DNA from: Aulosira sp. ZfuVER01
GTDB taxonomy: Bacteria > Cyanobacteriota > Cyanobacteriia > Cyanobacteriales > Nostocaceae
NCBI GenBank assembly: GCA_034530615.2
Contig: JAVRCV020000066.1
Coordinates: forward strand, 1-64,000
Direction: 5' to 3'
DNA: 64,000 nt
Below, one piece after another: positions 61,941-64,000 of the stretch (position 1 is the first letter of the stretch; every line of letters begins with the position of its first letter). The notes beneath the pieces were generated by a model. The model was not told where the DNA came from and searched no databases. It worked only from the letters and a program-made list of their open reading frames with translations. Both the position numbers and the translations under genes were made by a program.

Positions 61941-62771
61941 ATGCCAAGTGGTGTTCATGATTCAGCCTTGATTGTTAACGCTTTTCGCGCCAGAAAAATT
62001 CATATTAGTGCCGATAAATTTGCAGCATTATGGATTTCACCAGAAAGCGATATCTGGGCAAATAAGTATGCAGAACAAGTTGGCTCGACGGAAATTTTAG
62101 TACACGCCCTGCGCCATAGATTTTTTCTTGAGTGTTTAAATAAATTTTTTGATAAGTCTTCAGATGGCGTATTTATTAATATTGGCGCTGGATTTACAAA
62201 CTATCCCTACCTAATATCATTAAAAATTCCTTGCTGTGAAATTGATACAGAAGTCAACATCAAATTCAAGCAGCAAAAGCTAGCCGAGTTTGAACTTAAG
62301 GGCAATTTTCCTTATCGCCAGCTTCAATTTATAACTGTGAATGATTTGAACGATTTGCCTGAGATTTCTCATCTGGAGTTAGTTTTGAGAGAATGGATAG
62401 GCGATCGCTCCTCATTTATACTTTTTGAAGGTGTGTTCTTTTACTTAAAAATTGAAGCGATCGGTCATTTTTATAGAATGTTAGCTGCTCTACAGCAGAG
62501 AGGCGATATTGTAGCTAGCACTTCATTTCGTCCAGAAGAATGTAACAAATTAATGTTTCAAAGGCTGGTAGATTATTGCAGAACAGATTACAAAATGAGG
62601 AATTTTACACCTACAACAATTTCTACAAGCTTTTATTCTCAGCAATCAAACTATTCCTTAGTCACTCATAAAAATTATTACAGTTTGTGCCAGGAGTTTG
62701 CTTTGGCAGAAACACTAGAAAATCCAGAGGAAGTTTTAGAGGAAGACTGCTATGTCCTAGAACGGCTGTAG
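61941..62771 (+). CDS. Class I SAM-dependent methyltransferase (LCM/TcmP-like)
   Basis: SALIVNAFRA, LRHRFF, INIGAGF, EID, FEGVFFYL. Confidence 0.75.
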   Translation: MPSGVHDSALIVNAFRARKIHISADKFAALWISPESDIWANKYAEQVGSTEILVHALRHRFFLECLNKFFDKSSDGVFINIGAGFTNYPYLISLKIPCCEIDTEVNIKFKQQKLAEFELKGNFPYRQLQFITVNDLNDLPEISHLELVLREWIGDRSSFILFEGVFFYLKIEAIGHFYRMLAALQQRGDIVASTSFRPEECNKLMFQRLVDYCRTDYKMRNFTPTTISTSFYSQQSNYSLVTHKNYYSLCQEFALAETLENPEEVLEEDCYVLERL

Positions 62772-62882
62772 TCTATCTCAGCAAGGCGTTGGGGAGAAAT
62801 GAACGCAGTTGTTAACAGTAAGGGCGATCGCTCACAGAATACCAAATATTTTAACAATGCTAGCGATCGCTACAAAAGCCAG

Positions 62883-63260
62883 TTAATCTTCAGCATTATC
62901 ATATTTACTTCTAGCAGCTTCTACCTGTTGAAAGTTGGCGGTTGACCATTGACAAAGACTTTTTAACACCTGATTCAAACTTTCTCCTAAGGGGGTTAAG
63001 GAATACTCAACCATTGGTGGTATAACCGGATATACCTTGCGCTCAATCAGTCCATTCCGTTCCAAGTCACGCAGGGTACGAGTGAGCATTCGTTGAGAAA
63101 TATCGCCAATCTCTCGCTGCAACTCACCATAACGCTTTGTACCCTGAGAAAGAACATACAAGGCGGCTACAACCCATTTATCAGCAACGAGGTCAAGAGT
63201 TTGTCGCAGATAAGGGTGAGAGTCAAGCACATTGGAAGTAGGTGTTTCAGGTTTATGCAT
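62883..63260 (-). CDS. HxlR family winged-helix regulator
   Basis: DKW, RYGEL, ISQRMLT..LR.LE..GL, PP.VEYSLT. Confidence 0.9.
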   Translation of the reverse strand: MHKPETPTSNVLDSHPYLRQTLDLVADKWVVAALYVLSQGTKRYGELQREIGDISQRMLTRTLRDLERNGLIERKVYPVIPPMVEYSLTPLGESLNQVLKSLCQWSTANFQQVEAARSKYDNAED

Positions 63261-63351
63261 ACATTTTTGTGCGTATAGCACTATTTTGTTTCTACTTGCT
63301 CATTGGAGGAAACATACACAATAATCTTCCCGTAACTTCATGTGACTGAAA

Positions 63352-63948
63352 ATGAAAAGTAAGTTTACTGTTCATGATTCAGCTATGCTGTTGATTGACC
63401 ATCAGCAAGGCACAATTAAACTAGCTCGAAATTTACCACGAGAAGAAATTGTTAAAAATACCCGCGCTCTTGCTCGCACTGCTAAAGAAACAGGTATGCC
63501 ACTTGTTTTAACTAGCAGTATGGAAACCGAGTTTCAAGGTTTATTGCTGGAAGATTTACAAGCCATTGCGCCAGAAGAATACGCACAGAGAGTTAAACGT
63601 CCTGGTGTTGTGGATTGTTGGGAATATGAAGAATACAAACAAGCAGTTGAAGCGACGGGTAAAAAGAAGCTGATTATGGCAGGATTAACCAATGATGTTT
63701 GCATTGTATATCCAGCAATCAGTGCTGTGGAAGATGGGTATGAAGTGCAAGTTGTAGTTGATGCAGGAGGATCGCCAACGACGCTTGCCGATGAAACTGC
63801 TTTGCGCAGAATGGAAAATCATGGTGTCACACTCACTTCCACAAATCAAGTGATGGCAGAGTTAGCGGTATCTTGGTCTCATGATTTTGGCAAAACGATC
63901 CAGACAATTATGTACCAAGAAATTCTCTCCAAATTGATAACTGAGTAG
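63352..63948 (+). CDS. Isochorismatase family hydrolase (YcaC-like)
   Basis: LLIDHQ, LTSS, AGL.NDVC, VVDA.G; divergent from the HxlR gene. Confidence 0.88.
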   Translation: MKSKFTVHDSAMLLIDHQQGTIKLARNLPREEIVKNTRALARTAKETGMPLVLTSSMETEFQGLLLEDLQAIAPEEYAQRVKRPGVVDCWEYEEYKQAVEATGKKKLIMAGLTNDVCIVYPAISAVEDGYEVQVVVDAGGSPTTLADETALRRMENHGVTLTSTNQVMAELAVSWSHDFGKTIQTIMYQEILSKLITE

Positions 63949-64000
63949 TTAGAGTTAGTGGTTCAGTAGAATGAGCGATCGCCCGATTATTTTAACAGTG

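Larger units (their letters stand above)
96..63981. repeat. HIP1 octamer (GCGATCGC) dispersed across the window
   Basis: Many copies in coding and intergenic DNA; a hallmark of cyanobacterial genomes. Confidence 0.95.

Noticed and set aside
62883..63948. HxlR and YcaC pair as part of the NRPS pathway
   Set aside because: A common stand-alone divergent regulator-hydrolase module with no evidence of linkage

Overview
Chromosomal window from a heterocyst-forming (Nostocales-type) cyanobacterium. The assignment rests on abundant HIP1 (GCGATCGC) octamers, STRR heptamer tracts, small dispersed repeats and nif genes. From left to right it contains: (1) a satellite nif operon (cysE/nifP, two small conserved ORFs, nifV-nifZ-nifT, a 2Fe-2S protein) with candidate CnfR and NtcA boxes; (2) an AT-rich islet with a PD-(D/E)XK nuclease and a coupled GNAT-like/small-ORF pair; (3) a core housekeeping block (proS, accB, efp, thiL, gap2, nadD, murC, murB, smpB, ictB); (4) a cyanoexosortase B/Wza/Wzc surface-polysaccharide operon facing two rhomboid proteases; (5) a CHAT protease-STAND ATPase-TPR (NLR-like) gene; (6) an orphan, non-colinear NRPS cluster of three monomodular genes. 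By hand-read codes these load Ile, N-methyl-Leu and a Phe-like residue (with TE). A DUF3445 heme oxidative N-demethylase-like gene lies between the first two NRPS genes and an LCM-type methyltransferase follows the third; small accessory insertions interrupt the cluster. The NRPS system is the best candidate for an undescribed pathway. No rRNA, tRNA, CRISPR array or transposase was recognised. All family assignments come from motif reading, not database searches.
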